Of a DNA stretch of 64,000 bases, positions 46,937-59,938 are shown piece by piece; position 1 is the first letter of the stretch; each line of letters opens with the position of its first letter. The stretch lies in NCBI GenBank assembly GCA_023334545.1, contig JAADVB010000031.1, forward strand, positions 1 through 64,000, read 5' to 3'. A model generated the notes under the pieces. The model had not been told where the DNA came from. It ran no database searches and worked only from the letters and a program-made list of their open reading frames with translations. Position numbers and translations under genes: made by a program. The DNA comes from Salisapilia sapeloensis CBS 127946. Lineage: Eukaryota; Protista; Oomycota.

Positions 46937-49900
46937 ATGGCAAGTCGACGCGAGGTGAGTCCGGCCGAGGTGCAGATGCTCCAGCAGCCCTTCGTCCGTG
47001 GCGAGACGGACATCTTTGCCTACTTGACTGCCTTGATGAAGCAAAAGCCGCTCATCTTTGACGGTGGCATGGGCACCATGATCCAGCAGCACAAGCTGTC
47101 GGAAGAAGACTTTCGAGGCGACCGCTTTAAAGACTTTGACGTGCTCGTGCGTGGCAACAACGACTTGTTGTCTATCACGCAGCCAAAGCTGATCAAGGAC
47201 ATTCACAAGCAGTACATGGAGGTCGGTGGCTCGCAGCTCATCGGGACCAATACCTTCAGTGGTACGTGGGTGGCACAGGCCGACTACAAGATGGAGGACC
47301 TCGTGTACGAGCTCAACTACGAGTCAGCTCGAGTGGCACGAGAGGCAGCAGACGAGGTGGCTGCCAAGAACCCTCTTTTGCCCCGTTTCGTCGCCGGTTC
47401 CATCGGCCCAACGAACCGGACGCTGTCGATATCGCCCAACGTAGAGGACCCTGGCTTTCGTAACATCACGTTCGATGAGCTCGTGGACGCGTACTATACG
47501 CAGGTGGAGGCTCTGGTGGACGGCGGGAGTGACGTGTTACTCGTCGAGACGATCTTTGACACTTTAAACGCCAAAGCCGCCGTCTACGCCATCGATGTAT
47601 TCCAGGAGAAGACTGGCAAGAAGCTCCCGCTCTTCATCTCCGGTACTATTGTCGACATGAGCGGACGGACCTTGTCTGGGCAGACGACGGAAGCTTTCTA
47701 CGTCAGTCTACGCCACTCGAAGCCCTTCTGCATCGGTCTCAACTGCGCTCTCGGCGCGAATCAGATGAAGCCCTTCCTCCAGCGCCTCGCCAACGTCGCC
47801 GAGTGCTTCGTCTCGGTCTATGCGAACGCAGGTCTTCCGAACGCCATGGGCGGATACGACGACAGTCCGGAGCTCATGGCCGAGTACTGCGGCGAATTCT
47901 GCAAGGACGGACTGATCAACATGATCGGCGGCTGCTGTGGCACGACGCCAGAGCACATTCGAGCCATCGCAGACATCGCCGCGACGTACCCCGTGCGTCC
48001 TCTCCCGGACCTATCCGATCCGTACATGTGGCTGTCTGGGCTGGAAGACATGGTCGTCACAAAGGATCGATTCCAGTTTTTAAACGTCGGAGAGAGGTGT
48101 AACATCTCTGGTAGCATCCGTTTCAAGCGGCTGATCCTCAAGGGTGACTATGGTACAGCCATGGACGTAGCTCGACAGCAAGTCGAGGACGGTGCGATGG
48201 TCATCGACGTGAATGTGGACGACGGCATGCTGGATGGTGTCAAGGCGATGGAGAGATTTTTGAAGATCGCTGTGACGGAGCCAGATGTGTCTAAAGTGCC
48301 GTTCATGGTAGACTCGAGCAAGTTCCACGTTGTGGAAGCTGGTCTCAAGTGCGTCCAGGGCAAGTGCATCGTGAATAGCATCAGTCTGAAGGTCGGTGAA
48401 GACGAGTTTTGTAAGCAGGCAAAGATCATGAAGCGTCACGGAGCTGCGATCGTCGTCATGGCGTTTGATGAAGAAGGGCAGGCCGCGACGGAATCGGAAA
48501 AGGTGCGTATTTGCAAGCGGTCGTACGATGTCTTGGTGGACAAGGTCGGCTTCCCACCGGAAGACATTGTCTTTGATCCGAACATTCTGACGATTGCGAC
48601 GGGCATGGAGGAACATAACAACTATGCGGTGGACTTTATCAACGCCACGAGACGTATTAAGGAAGAGTGCCCGTATGCCAAGATCAGTGGTGGCGTGTCG
48701 AATCTGTCGTTTGGCTTTCGAGGCGTCAATGTCATTCGAGAAGCCATACACAGTGTCTTCCTCTACCACGCAGTCCACGCAGGCATGGACATGGGCATCG
48801 TGAACGCTGCGCAGTTGGAAGTGTATGACGACATTCCGTCGGACCTATTAAAGCTCGTAGAAGACGTCGTGCTCAATCGGCATGACGGCGCGACGGAGGC
48901 CTTGTTAGATCGCAGTTTAATCGAAAAGGAAAAGATGGAAGCTGCCAAGAAGGGGGGAGCGAGTGCTGTCGTGAACAAGCAAGAGTGGCGAACCAAGTCG
49001 ATTCAGGAGCGACTGACGCACTCGCTCGTCAAGGGCATCTCCGAGTTCATCCATCAGGACGTCGAGGAGATGCGCGTCGAGTGCTCTCGTCCGTTGGACG
49101 TGATCGAAGGGCCGTTGATGGCTGGCATGAATGTCGTGGGCGAGTTGTTCGGCAGTGGCAAGATGTTTCTGCCGCAGGTGATCAAGTCTGCTCGTGTCAT
49201 GAAGAAGGCAGTCGCGTACCTCTTGCCGTACATGGAAGAGGAAAAGAAGAGGAAGCTGGCGGAGGAAGGAGTGGACCCGGAGGCGGATGACGACTCGCAG
49301 TACGCTGGCAAAGTGCTGCTGGCGACCGTCAAGGGGGACGTGCATGACATTGGCAAGAACATCGTCGGCGTCGTCCTTGGCTGTAACAACTACAAGGTCA
49401 TCGACATGGGCGTCATGGTGCCTGCAGAGGACATTCTGGCTCGAGCAAAGGAGGAGAAAGTGGATGTCATCGGCTTGTCTGGGCTCATCACGCCTTCGCT
49501 AGACGAAATGGTAACTGTCGCGCGGGAGATGAAGAAGCAGAACATGCCGCAGCCGCTCCTGATCGGCGGCGCGACCACGAGTAAGATGCACGCGGCCGTC
49601 AAGATCGCTCCTCAGTTCTCGAATGAAGCGCATCCGGTCATTCACGTCTTAGACGCTTCTCGTAGCGTCGTGGTGGTCGGCAACCTCCTTCGGTATGGAG
49701 AGGAGAGGGAGGAGTATGTGGAGGAAGTGCTGGAGGACTATGAGGACATGCGGGAAGAGTACTACGCTTCTCTCGACGACATTAAGCTCGTGTCGTATGA
49801 GAGTGCCAAGAGCAAGAGGTGTGCGATCGACTTTGATACGCGACGTCCGTTCCAGCACCCACGTCGCTTAGGTGTACACAAGGTAGAGGACGTGCCGCTG

Positions 49901-50785
49901 GAAGAAGTCGTGCCGTTTATCGACTGGAACCCATTCTTCCAGACGTGGGAGCTGCGTGGTAGGTATCCGAATCGAGGGTACCCTAAGATCTTTGACGACG
50001 ACCGTGTCGGAGTCGAAGCTAGGAAGGTGTTCGACGAAGGGCAGAAGCTCCTGCAGGAGATTATCGACAAGAAGCTCTTGAGCGTACGTGGTGTCTCGGG
50101 TGTCTTTCCAGCGTATCGACAGGAAGAAGACGTCGTCGTGTGTGATCCGAATGACATGACGACGCCCGTGAGCAAGTTCTGTATGCTCCGACAGCAAGCG
50201 GAGAAGGAGACGTCGGACCCGTTCATGAGCATGGCGGACTTTATCGCACCGAAGAGTGACGACTACAAGGACTTTATCGGAGGCTTTGCCGTTGGTGTCT
50301 TTGGCGTCGAGGAGCTCGTGGCCAAGTTCGAGGCCGAGCACGATGACTTCAATAAGATCATGACGCAGGCCATTGGCGATCGACTGGCAGAAGCTTTTGC
50401 AGAGTACATGCACCGGCAGATGCGTGTGTTCGACTGGGGATATGCGTCGGAAGAGGACTTGAGCCAGGAAGATCTGCTGAAAGTCAAGTACGACGGCATC
50501 CGTCCGGCGCCTGGGTACCCGTCCCAGCCGGATCATACCGAGAAGCGAGTGCTGTGGGAACTGCTCAAGGCAGAGGACATCGGGCTGACGCTGACGGATA
50601 GCTGCATGATGCTGCCTGGATCGGCCGTCAGTGCCCTGTGCTTTGCGCACCCGGACTCGCAGTACTTTGCCGTGGGGAAAATCAGTAAGGAGCAAGTGGA
50701 GGAGTATGCTGGTCGAAAGAAGCAGTCACTGGAAGAGACGGAAAAGTGGCTGGCTCCGATCTTGGGGTACGAGCGAGGTGCTTAG
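46937..50785 (+). CDS. metH: Cobalamin-dependent methionine synthase, intronless
   Basis: [41 protein letters not shown], cobalamin motif [29 protein letters not shown] and RPAPGYP. Start could be 46847. Confidence 0.98.
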   Translation: MASRREVSPAEVQMLQQPFVRGETDIFAYLTALMKQKPLIFDGGMGTMIQQHKLSEEDFRGDRFKDFDVLVRGNNDLLSITQPKLIKDIHKQYMEVGGSQLIGTNTFSGTWVAQADYKMEDLVYELNYESARVAREAADEVAAKNPLLPRFVAGSIGPTNRTLSISPNVEDPGFRNITFDELVDAYYTQVEALVDGGSDVLLVETIFDTLNAKAAVYAIDVFQEKTGKKLPLFISGTIVDMSGRTLSGQTTEAFYVSLRHSKPFCIGLNCALGANQMKPFLQRLANVAECFVSVYANAGLPNAMGGYDDSPELMAEYCGEFCKDGLINMIGGCCGTTPEHIRAIADIAATYPVRPLPDLSDPYMWLSGLEDMVVTKDRFQFLNVGERCNISGSIRFKRLILKGDYGTAMDVARQQVEDGAMVIDVNVDDGMLDGVKAMERFLKIAVTEPDVSKVPFMVDSSKFHVVEAGLKCVQGKCIVNSISLKVGEDEFCKQAKIMKRHGAAIVVMAFDEEGQAATESEKVRICKRSYDVLVDKVGFPPEDIVFDPNILTIATGMEEHNNYAVDFINATRRIKEECPYAKISGGVSNLSFGFRGVNVIREAIHSVFLYHAVHAGMDMGIVNAAQLEVYDDIPSDLLKLVEDVVLNRHDGATEALLDRSLIEKEKMEAAKKGGASAVVNKQEWRTKSIQERLTHSLVKGISEFIHQDVEEMRVECSRPLDVIEGPLMAGMNVVGELFGSGKMFLPQVIKSARVMKKAVAYLLPYMEEEKKRKLAEEGVDPEADDDSQYAGKVLLATVKGDVHDIGKNIVGVVLGCNNYKVIDMGVMVPAEDILARAKEEKVDVIGLSGLITPSLDEMVTVAREMKKQNMPQPLLIGGATTSKMHAAVKIAPQFSNEAHPVIHVLDASRSVVVVGNLLRYGEEREEYVEEVLEDYEDMREEYYASLDDIKLVSYESAKSKRCAIDFDTRRPFQHPRRLGVHKVEDVPLEEVVPFIDWNPFFQTWELRGRYPNRGYPKIFDDDRVGVEARKVFDEGQKLLQEIIDKKLLSVRGVSGVFPAYRQEEDVVVCDPNDMTTPVSKFCMLRQQAEKETSDPFMSMADFIAPKSDDYKDFIGGFAVGVFGVEELVAKFEAEHDDFNKIMTQAIGDRLAEAFAEYMHRQMRVFDWGYASEEDLSQEDLLKVKYDGIRPAPGYPSQPDHTEKRVLWELLKAEDIGLTLTDSCMMLPGSAVSALCFAHPDSQYFAVGKISKEQVEEYAGRKKQSLEETEKWLAPILGYERGA

Positions 50786-50924
50786 TGGGAAGGATAGAGT
50801 AGGGTCTAGTGTACTGGTGACGGAGGTGCCATGATAGCATGCCATCTCTGCTGACGTTCAGGAGTTCTTCGCTCGATTCTGCTTCTTGGAGCAAAGGACC
50901 AAGCTATGTCGCTCGAAATCTACT

Positions 50925-50949
50925 TTTTCTTTTCTTTTCTTTTCTTTTC
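50925..50949. repeat. (TTTTC)5 microsatellite in the metH-MUT spacer
   Basis: TTTTCTTTTCTTTTCTTTTCTTTTC read directly. Confidence 0.85.
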
Positions 50950-51071
50950 TGATCGTCTCTAGTTCGGTCGTGCTGGATGGACCTATAGAGGTCCTTGTGG
51001 TCAGTCCTGTCACTAATCTGTGGACGATATACTTGAACTTGAGGCCGGAAGGGCGGAGAGACGAGACCAAG

Positions 51072-53630
51072 ATGCTGGCGATGCGACGTGCACAAGAGAA
51101 GGCCGTGCGAGGCGTGATTGCACGGCATGGACGACTGTCGTTCTGGAGGAGTTTAAGTGATCGACCGACGAATTTAAGTGCAGATGCGTACCCGGAAGAG
51201 TGGCTGAAGAACGCGACGAAAGAGATCAAGGGACAGGACCCGACGGAAAAGCTCGTCTGGCATACCCCCGAGGGCATTCCCATCAAGCCTTTGTATACGC
51301 AACAGGACCTCGAGGTTACCACATGAAAAGAGGTATGTAGATAAAGACTAACGATAGTACGTCCGTAGGATCTGGAGATCTCACAGGCCCCCTCGACCTT
51401 CCCGTTCACGAGAGGACCCTACGCGAGTATGTACACTGCCAAGCCATGGACCATCCGACAGGTACCTCTATAAGATACGCCCAAATTACCATGACGTGAC
51501 GTCGGCTGTAGTACGCAGGTTTTAGCACAGCGGAAGAGTCGAACGCGTTCTACCGTCGAAACTTGGCGGCAGGACAGCAAGGACTCAGCGTAGCGTTTGA
51601 CTTGGCGACTCATCGAGGCTACGACTCGGACCATCCACGCGTGACGGGTGATGTCGGGATGGCTGGCGTCCCCATCGATTCGATCGAAGACATGAAAATC
51701 CTCTTTGACGGCATTCCTCTCGACAAAATGTCCGTGTCCATGACCATGAATGGAGCTGTCTTACCGGTGTTAGCCATGTACATTGTGGCTGCAGAGGAGC
51801 AGGGTGTGGATAAGAAACTACTGTCGGGTACGATCCAGAACGACATTTTAAAGGAGTTCATGGTCCGCAACACGTTCATCTACCCCCCTGAACCGTCCAT
51901 GCGGATCATCCAGGACATCTTCGGATACACGTCCGAGTACATGCCCAAGTACAATTCGATTTCGATCTCAGGTTACCACATGCAAGAAGCTGGGGCCGAT
52001 GCGGTCTTGGAGCTCGCTTTTACCATTGCAGACGGTATCGAGTACGTCAAGGCGGCACAGGCAGCAGGACTAGATGTAGACTCGGTTGCGCCGCGTCTGT
52101 CGTTCTTCTTTGCGATAGGCATGAACTTTTACATGGAAGTGGCCAAACTACGTGCTGCTCGTACTTTATGGGCAAAGCTGATGCAGGACAAGTTCCAGCC
52201 GAAAAATAAGAAGAGTCTGCTCTTACGAACGCATTGCCAAACGTCTGGGTACTCTTTGACGGAGCAGGATCCGTTTAATAATATCATTCGGACGACAGTG
52301 GAGGCCATGGCGGCTGTCATGGGTGGTACGCAGAGTCTACATACGAATGCGCTGGATGAAGCACTGGGACTCCCGACGGAGTTTAGTGCTCGTATGGCAC
52401 GTAACACGCAGTTGGTGCTTCAGGAAGAAACTGGGATTCCGAAAGTTGCGGATCCATGGGGAGGTTCGTACTTGATGGAATCGCTTACGAATGATCTGGT
52501 GGATGCGGCGATGAAGGTGATCGAGGAAGTGGATGAACTGGGAGGTATGGCGAAAGCGATCGAGTCTGGCATGGCCAAGCACCGAATCGAAGAGAGTGCA
52601 ACGAGGAAGCAGGCACGCATTGATTCAAGAGAAGAGACAATCGTAGGTGTCAACAAGTATGTCGCGGAAGATGTAGATGCCGTGGATGTCTTATCGATTG
52701 ATAATACGTCGGTGCGGAAGAAGCAGATTAAGCGGCTGGAGGACACGAGAGCGAATCGGAATGAACAAAAAGCGCAAGAGTGTCTGGATAGATTGAAGGA
52801 ATCGGCGGCTTTGACCGAGAGCACAGGCGCTGGGTCACATCCGATGAACCTTTTGAAGCTGGCGGTGGACGCAGCCAGAGAGCGGTGCACGGTGGGAGAG
52901 ATCTCTGGTGCACTGGAATCCGCGTGGGGACGTCACGTGCCAAAGGTAGTGTCTTGTGTAGCTATAGGAAGGACGTGGCTCATGCGTGCGGTAGAGTGAT
53001 GTCGTGTCCGGAGCGTACCGGACGTCGTACCAGCATAATCAGCAAGCAGAGGACGAGTATGAGGCCGTTGTGCGGGAGATTGAGGAATTTGCTGAGCGTG
53101 AAGGTCGCCGTCCGCGTCTGCTTGTGGCCAAGATGGGGCAGGACGGTCATGATCGCGGTGCGAAGGTCGTCGCATCCAGTTACTCTGACCTGGGCTTTGA
53201 CGTAGATGTCGGCCCGCTCTTCTCCGTACGTACCTCACTAATTGTAGGGTCTAATTTAAAAGATTCATAATGGTTGCAGACACCGGAGGAAGCGGCGAGA
53301 CAAGCGGTGGATGCCGATGTTCACTGCGTAGGTGTGAGTTCCCAAGCTGCTGGCCACAAGACGCTGGTGCCGGCACTGTTGGAGGCTTTAAAGAAGGAGA
53401 ATGCCGAGCACATTCTCGTCATCTGTGGAGGTGTCATTCCTCCAAAGGTACTCGTTCTACTACCCTCATCGACGATAGAAACCTCACCTCGATCCTAGGA
53501 CTATGACTACTTGTACGACTTGGGCGTCGGCGCTATCTTCGGTCCAGGCACGAGACTGACGGAAGCAGCGCACGATACGCTCGTGGCTATCTCGAAGCGT
53601 TTGGAAGAGAATCGAGCGAAAGACATGTAA
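51072..53630 (+). CDS. MUT: Methylmalonyl-CoA mutase (adenosylcobalamin-dependent), spliced, with mitochondrial-type presequence
   Basis: [68 protein letters not shown] and B12 motif [12 protein letters not shown]. Confidence 0.97.
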
Positions 53631-53713
53631 AGCGACGAGAGAGGAATAAGGTCTTCCTGGCATCTTGTTTCGACTTACTTGGCAACTTTACTACGCTACT
53701 TCATAAAAATATA

Positions 53714-55372
53714 TCATTGCTCCTTGGTCTTTTCCTTCTTGGCTCGTTGAAACTCCTCCGACATGCTCCGCAAGGCAAAGTTCGGGAACACTTGCTTCGT
53801 CGGCATCTTGGCACCCGTCATCGGCGACTTGTCACTCGTCGAGAACCAGTGCAGAATCGCCTTCCGGTCGTACGTGTGTCCATCGGCTGCGACTACAGGG
53901 TCCAGCATCGGACAGCCTGTGATGGGGCAGATGAGTTGCTCTGGACAGTCCTCGTCGTCCGTCCAGTCGTCCATGTCTGCCTCCTTGACCTCTTCCTCTT
54001 CAAGAGAGAGAGAGGACAATCGAGCAGCAGGCTTCTCCTCTGTCTCGTCATTTATGCCAGTCGAATCAGCCACTGCATCGTTGATCTCCTGCGTCGTGAC
54101 AAACCCAGCGACGATGCGTCCACGACCTCGAGACCCACCAGTGATCTGCGGATCTCCGTCCTCAGCACTCGTGTCTCGAGACCAAATGGCGTGATAGCTA
54201 TTGACTAGTTCCTGTCGAATGGTATGATACGCTTCTTCCGACTTGGCTCTCGACGTCCGGAAGCCAGAAACTGGACCTTCCGAGACAGTGGACCTAGCCG
54301 TCTCGTACGCTGCTCCGACCACGGAGGAGCCAGAGACTTTGGAAAAGTGGTAGACGATGCCAATCTGTCGTCTGCTCCAGGACGGGAGTTTCATGTACAT
54401 CTTATTGGCCTCTGACACGAGCGGCGAGTCCCGGACGCGGGTCATTTGCCCTTGTATCTGCGTCTGGGCGTCCTGGAGCATCGATGGCCGACGCTCGAGA
54501 TGCAGGAGGTTGCGATGGCACTCCAGGACGATCGGCCATCCCTCGACACTCTGTGTCTCGACGACAGCTTCGTCCTGGAACGTATCCACGACCTCGAGCC
54601 TCGCGCCTGGTGGCAGCAGCTTGCCATAGTACTCCATGCCACCAAAGCCAGTTATGCGGACGATGTCCCCTTTCTCCAGCATCACATCGGCACAGTCATA
54701 GTTGAGCGATAGCTGGATCTGCCCTGCGGTCTGGAACTCGTCGTCCACGAGTGTATGCCAGCCTCGATGGCTGGACGATTGGGACAGCAGACAAGGTAAA
54801 AGAGGAACAAGAACAGAACCTATGAGTTTATCATTCGTATGTGCCGAATCGCCTTCTCGGCCTTGTCCATGCAGCTCGACGGAGCCGTCTGATCCGGCAG
54901 ATGCAGCCGATGGAGACGTGTTCTCGGCGCGATGGAAAACTCGGATCACAAGTTCCGGCGTGCAAGGTTTATAGTGTTGCATGGAAGCGTTTGCCTGATC
55001 GCCTGCAGCTAGCTTGCCCACTGTCTTACCGTTTTTACTGGCTTTCGTGAGCACGCCGAGGCTGTTTATGGTGGACTGCTCATCGCCAAAGGATGAGAGC
55101 GTCTGTAGGAGCTCTTGCTCCGTCGGCAATGGGACGGAAACGACTCCAGACTCTTTCCACGTCGGATTCAGCGTCTGTGACTGAGGTCTCGTGACGAACT
55201 CTTCTTTGCCGAGTGCGACTGCGACGTACGGATTGGAGTAGCTCGGTGTCCACTTGAGTAGACTGCCGAGTACTGCTGGTTGTAGATTGCGAGCTCCTAG
55301 CACTTCGATGCTGAGTGTCCCAGCCGTACGCAACGCTTTGGGCGCCGGTTCCGATGACGTCTTGGACGCCAT
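53714..55372 (-). CDS. C2-domain / U-box E3 ligase-like protein, intronless
   Basis: LSIEVLGARNL...SNPYVAV...TLNPTW (C2). C-terminal CPEQLICPITGCPMLDPVVAADGHTYDRKAILHW...SPMT...PNFALR (U-box). Confidence 0.85.
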   Translation of the reverse strand: MASKTSSEPAPKALRTAGTLSIEVLGARNLQPAVLGSLLKWTPSYSNPYVAVALGKEEFVTRPQSQTLNPTWKESGVVSVPLPTEQELLQTLSSFGDEQSTINSLGVLTKASKNGKTVGKLAAGDQANASMQHYKPCTPELVIRVFHRAENTSPSAASAGSDGSVELHGQGREGDSAHTNDKLIGSVLVPLLPCLLSQSSSHRGWHTLVDDEFQTAGQIQLSLNYDCADVMLEKGDIVRITGFGGMEYYGKLLPPGARLEVVDTFQDEAVVETQSVEGWPIVLECHRNLLHLERRPSMLQDAQTQIQGQMTRVRDSPLVSEANKMYMKLPSWSRRQIGIVYHFSKVSGSSVVGAAYETARSTVSEGPVSGFRTSRAKSEEAYHTIRQELVNSYHAIWSRDTSAEDGDPQITGGSRGRGRIVAGFVTTQEINDAVADSTGINDETEEKPAARLSSLSLEEEEVKEADMDDWTDDEDCPEQLICPITGCPMLDPVVAADGHTYDRKAILHWFSTSDKSPMTGAKMPTKQVFPNFALRSMSEEFQRAKKEKTKEQ

Positions 55373-57423
55373 GAAAGAAGACGAATGAGCTCTCTTCCGA
55401 CTCGACTTGGGAAGCTACGTCCCGCCGTGTCACTATCTGACAGCTATTTTGCAGCGAAAGGGTTAAATTGACTCTATTGGTCTTTTCATAGAGACCTAAT
55501 TTGGACTTGATTTTTGTATACACTTGGGAGGTATGTTTTATGTACGGTCCTACGTGGGAATTAGGTAATATTCTACTAAACAGGTTGCTTTAGGCGACGC
55601 GCTGCGAGATCGATGCGTTTTTATCTTTTCACCTGGAGGAGATGGATCTTGTCTAGAGTATACTCATGTATGCTGCTTAAAGGCAAAGATAGATGCTGAG
55701 ATAATTGTCGAGCTTTTTGTCTGCTTACTAAAGTGGGTTCGACTTGTTCGTCATGTAGATAAATCAGCCATGTAATCGAATGTGGCTTCCACATCCTCTC
55801 CCGGCTTGCATGCACTACCACGTTAGCTCTAGCAGAGCTTTATCTAAGTTTCTGCTCTTTCAGCTTTGTGTCCGATGCAGGGGTTGTAGAGGCCGAAGAT
55901 AAAGAGGTAGATGTTTTGCCATTTAACCTGCAATCGAAATAAATAACATACGGTCATAACCTTTCATACGCTCCGAACCATCACGGTAGCTTCATGCCAA
56001 ATCCTGAAAAGGTTTGCTCCAATCAGGATAATTTGGATTGACAACATGTCTTTTGCGTCTGTCTTTTTGTCCGATACGAAGAATTGCTATTTGACCCTTG
56101 ACGTGGTCCACTACGCCTTGCAACCTTAGCTACAAGACAAGAGACTATGGCTGCGATTGCACTGAATACCGATTCGGCATGGTTCGGATTCACCTTTTGT
56201 AATTACATTAACGACCATCAAATAGGACAGCTCTATATTCGTTGCAAATTACCGATTCGGAGTAGCTGCATGCTATGGAAACCTAACATAGCACTTCAAT
56301 ATATCTTTCTCCCGCTACGCCGAAGGCATAAGCGAGTGTTCTGAACTGTGAACGGAGATGCCACTCTATATTCTTGATCTATGTATACCTTGATCTTTGT
56401 GAAATCAAGAGGAAAGGATCGTCGAGAAGACTTCCAGTCACGTCGGATGCTCGAAGTGTGCAAATTCGAGAAAGCGCGCGAAAGACTGAGCTCTTCGCTT
56501 TACTTGCGCTAGTTAGCTCTTCGCTATTATTTCGGAACAGGCGTAGCACAGTGGTGGACGAAATAATTGGATGGCATTTGTGACTCGCACTGTAACCGTC
56601 CCAGTGAAATGACGAAGAGCTCAATGTTGCAAGTAAATCGAATGACACTTCAACCTGAAGGACTTCGATGATCAACCACGATGAGCTCGATACTAGCCTC
56701 ACTAAAGCATGGCAGAGGAGCGGACGATACATGTGCATAGGCTTAGAAAGATAAATAGCAGCGTAAGAATAACGCGAAACGCCAAAGACTTAAGCATTGA
56801 CTCTTACTATAGTTTGTACATCTTTGTTCACATGATGCCTAATATTACTAGCTTAACACTTGATTGTCTGCTTAACGAACACGGCCTACGTGTCGGTTTA
56901 AACTGTCACCAACTTCTCCAATTCTATTAGTGAGGCTGCCAAGTCGACAAACGATGATGCATCGACTAGACTGGAAATCTACGCGAGTACAACTTCAAAT
57001 GGCAAGATGACATCGTAGCGATAGCATTGCTCTGCACTGCAATTCATCTTGTGACCTCATGTAAATGTACACTGCCTCAAGTTCGATGCAGCATGATTGG
57101 TTCTGCACAGTAAACTATCATCCAATTTCTGCGATCAAGTTCATACATCACGTTATCCCCACCAAGTTTCATGAATTGCCATCGCTCGTTGTACTCGCAC
57201 TAGTCAAGGTCTAAAAGTAAACCAGTAGACCAGCATATCTTCCAATATTTCCTACACTATACACTAGAGGTCGATCGACCACCAACGGAAGCCCCCATCT
57301 CCGTTTCCATCCAGTCACGATCAACTCAGACGTAATCGACCATCACTCATCCCCACTCCCATACAAAGTCTAGTATACACGCTTCCGACTAGGTCTATCG
57401 GCCGCCACGAGCACCAAGTCTGA

Positions 57424-58553
57424 ATGGAGCAAGTGAATTCGAATGCACCAAAGAAACGAGTGCATACGCCGTTCGAATGGGCTCTAGGTATCTTCTACAT
57501 CGTCTGCGTGGCACTCATCTGGACGTTCGCCAGCGTACTTGTGCAGTACATTTTCCAAGAGATGGAACTCGATGCGTACAACTCGTTTATTATTATGCCA
57601 TGTCGAGGTAGTGACCGTATCTTTATGATAGACCCTTCTTCCTCACGTATGTCTGTGCCTCGCTATTTGCCGTCAATCTACCGATATGGTGGATCGGGCG
57701 AGTAGTGTACCCTCGAGTAGCTCGCTACTTGGGCTTAACTAGCCGCATGCTGTATGAACCGCTAGCCGAGCCAGCAGTCGATCGAAAGTATTATACGCGA
57801 GTCCTTCGGGTCAGTGCAATCGTCGCGCCGATCTGGTTCCTCGCGAGTTACGCGTACAATGAAAGTCTGAACGAAACGAGCATCACAAGCAGTACGCTCA
57901 TCTCATCGACGTCGACGATTTTCACCTTTTTACTCAGTCTACTCGTACTCGGCGAGCGGTTCTTTATGGTGAAACTAGTTGGCGTACTACTCTGTGTCGC
58001 TGGGTGCATGACAACGATATTCAATGAAGACAAGAGCCACGGACCGGTGTTAAAAGACCATGTCGGAGGCGACGTGCTTGCTCTGCTATCCGCCGTCTTG
58101 TATGGTGTCTACACTGTGGTCATCCGGCGTTTGATTCCGGACGACGACAGCATCAGCGTCGCGCTTTTCTTTGGTTTCCTAGGAGCTCTCCACTTTATCT
58201 TCCTCCTACCGCTCGTCATCGCTAACCACTACTCTGGCTTTGAACCGCTCGATCGGCTCACATGGCAACACATTGGCCTGATCTGCGTCAAAGGTCTGTT
58301 TGACAATGTCCTGTCTGACTACCTTTGGGCCAAGGCGATTTTGCTGACGTCGCCGACCGTGGCCACCGTCGGTCTCTCCTTGACCGTTCCGCTGGCTATC
58401 GTCGCCGACCTCATTTTCCGTCACGTCGGGCCGACGATCGTGACGTGGCTCGCCTCATTCCTCGTTGTCGCTGGCTTCTTACTCATCAACGTGAGCACGC
58501 GCCGACATGAGGCCGAGGACGCGGATCCGAGCAAGTCATTGGTCATTTCCTAG
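57424..58553 (+). CDS. DMT/EamA-family solute carrier, SLC35F5/THI74-like
   Basis: ALIWTFASVLVQYIF, PFFLTYV, IWFLASYAYN...STLISSTSTIFT and SDYLWAKAILLTSPTVATVGLSLTVPLA. Confidence 0.85.
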
Positions 58554-58702
58554 TTTTTTGGATTTGTCGTGGCTAGTTTGGGAAACCATGTTGAAGTGTC
58601 AGGTAGAACAAATAGGCGACAAGAAATTCCTGAAACGAACTTGATTATTCCTCGTGCTTGTCACACGATTCTCATTTCATCTTTTTCTTCTATTCGTCTA
58701 CG

Positions 58703-59904
58703 ATGACAGCAAAAATGTCGACCTCTATGTTTTCACAAGACATGGACATTGCTCAGCAAGATGCATATGCTATGGCAACCGTCGCCATGGTTGCAGGCGC
58801 GATGCTCGCTTTTAAACGGACGTCGATGAATGTTCAAGCACCGGAAGTATCCCTTGTAGCATCTCGGTCCAAGATGACCATGTTGCCAACGGATATGTTA
58901 CAGCACGTCCTGTCCTTCGTCGGACATTCTGATCTACACGCAGTGGAGCAAGTGTCCGTCGCGTCCTTCCGACTCGTAAATGAAAATCGTAAGCTGCTTT
59001 CTTGTAGACTCAATGTACCTATATGAACCCTCAATTTCTTAGCTTTCGTATGGAGACAACATGCTCTCCGGTCTCTCGTCTCTTCCGCTTCTACTCGACA
59101 TCTTATGTCATTCAAGCAGCAGGCATGTCTCGCCCATCGAAGGGAGCAAGACTCGGACCTCCTGACTTCCATACAAGGTAAACTCGTCCTGCATCTGATT
59201 CCTACGTTTCCTAGTCTTACAATCTATTTATAGGATTCTCGTCAGAAGATCGACCGACAGAGAGCGTCCATAACACATTACGCCAGTCGAAATGCTGGCG
59301 AGAGTTTCAGAATCTAGCGATTAGCACCCCATCGCGCAATCCACAGCAGTCGCTATGGAAACAAGTTACGTGCGAACGCATCCAGCGTGTCTGTGGCTGC
59401 ATGCACGGTCGAGCTTGTTACTGGAGTAGCTCCCCTTCGTCTCTCCCGGATGCGTCGGATTACATCGACTATGGCTTCGACGCGACTTGTATCGTCAGTC
59501 GCGTTCAGCTATCGCCTTACCAAGTGTACTGGCATCCGAATAACCCGACGTACGGCCCGCAGAGCATCTCGATCGAGTTCCGAACCAAAGACGGCAGTGT
59601 CTTGTACCACTCCCGTCGCTACAGCGTCGACAATCGGATGACTCTACAGGAGTTTGCGCTCGGATCTAAAGTTCTCGTGACGACCGACACTGTCATGCGG
59701 GTGAACCTCATCGGTCGACAGCAGGAGCAGACGTACCATAACGCTAGTCTCCAAGGCTATCCCTCGGCCGAGGCACCAGAGTACTATTGCTGCATCAGCT
59801 ATGTGGGTGCTGTTGGTATCCGATGTGATAACCAGAGCATGGAGAAACGTCGTGACCAGGTGCGAAAGACACTGCTGGACTGGTGGACGTCGCGGAACGT
59901 GTAA
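58703..59904 (+). CDS. F-box-like protein with C-terminal carbohydrate-binding-like beta-sandwich domain
   Basis: LPTDMLQHVLSFV F-box-like motif. CYWSSSPS...VSRVQLSPYQ...YGPQ...LIGRQQEQ...YYCCISYV resembles plant At4g00755-type F-box proteins (from memory). Confidence 0.65.
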
Positions 59905-59938
59905 AGAGTATCTTAACGATATAGATTTATTCTGTCTT

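Noticed and set aside
46847-50785. Intronless metH as evidence of recent horizontal transfer
   Set aside because: Several other genes here are intronless (FEX, U-box, COQ10-EF), codon style matches neighbours, and MetH is widespread in eukaryotes. A phylogeny would be needed.
46470-51070. Cobalamin riboswitch upstream of metH or MUT
   Set aside because: No B12-box-like consensus was recognised by eye. A covariance-model search is required.
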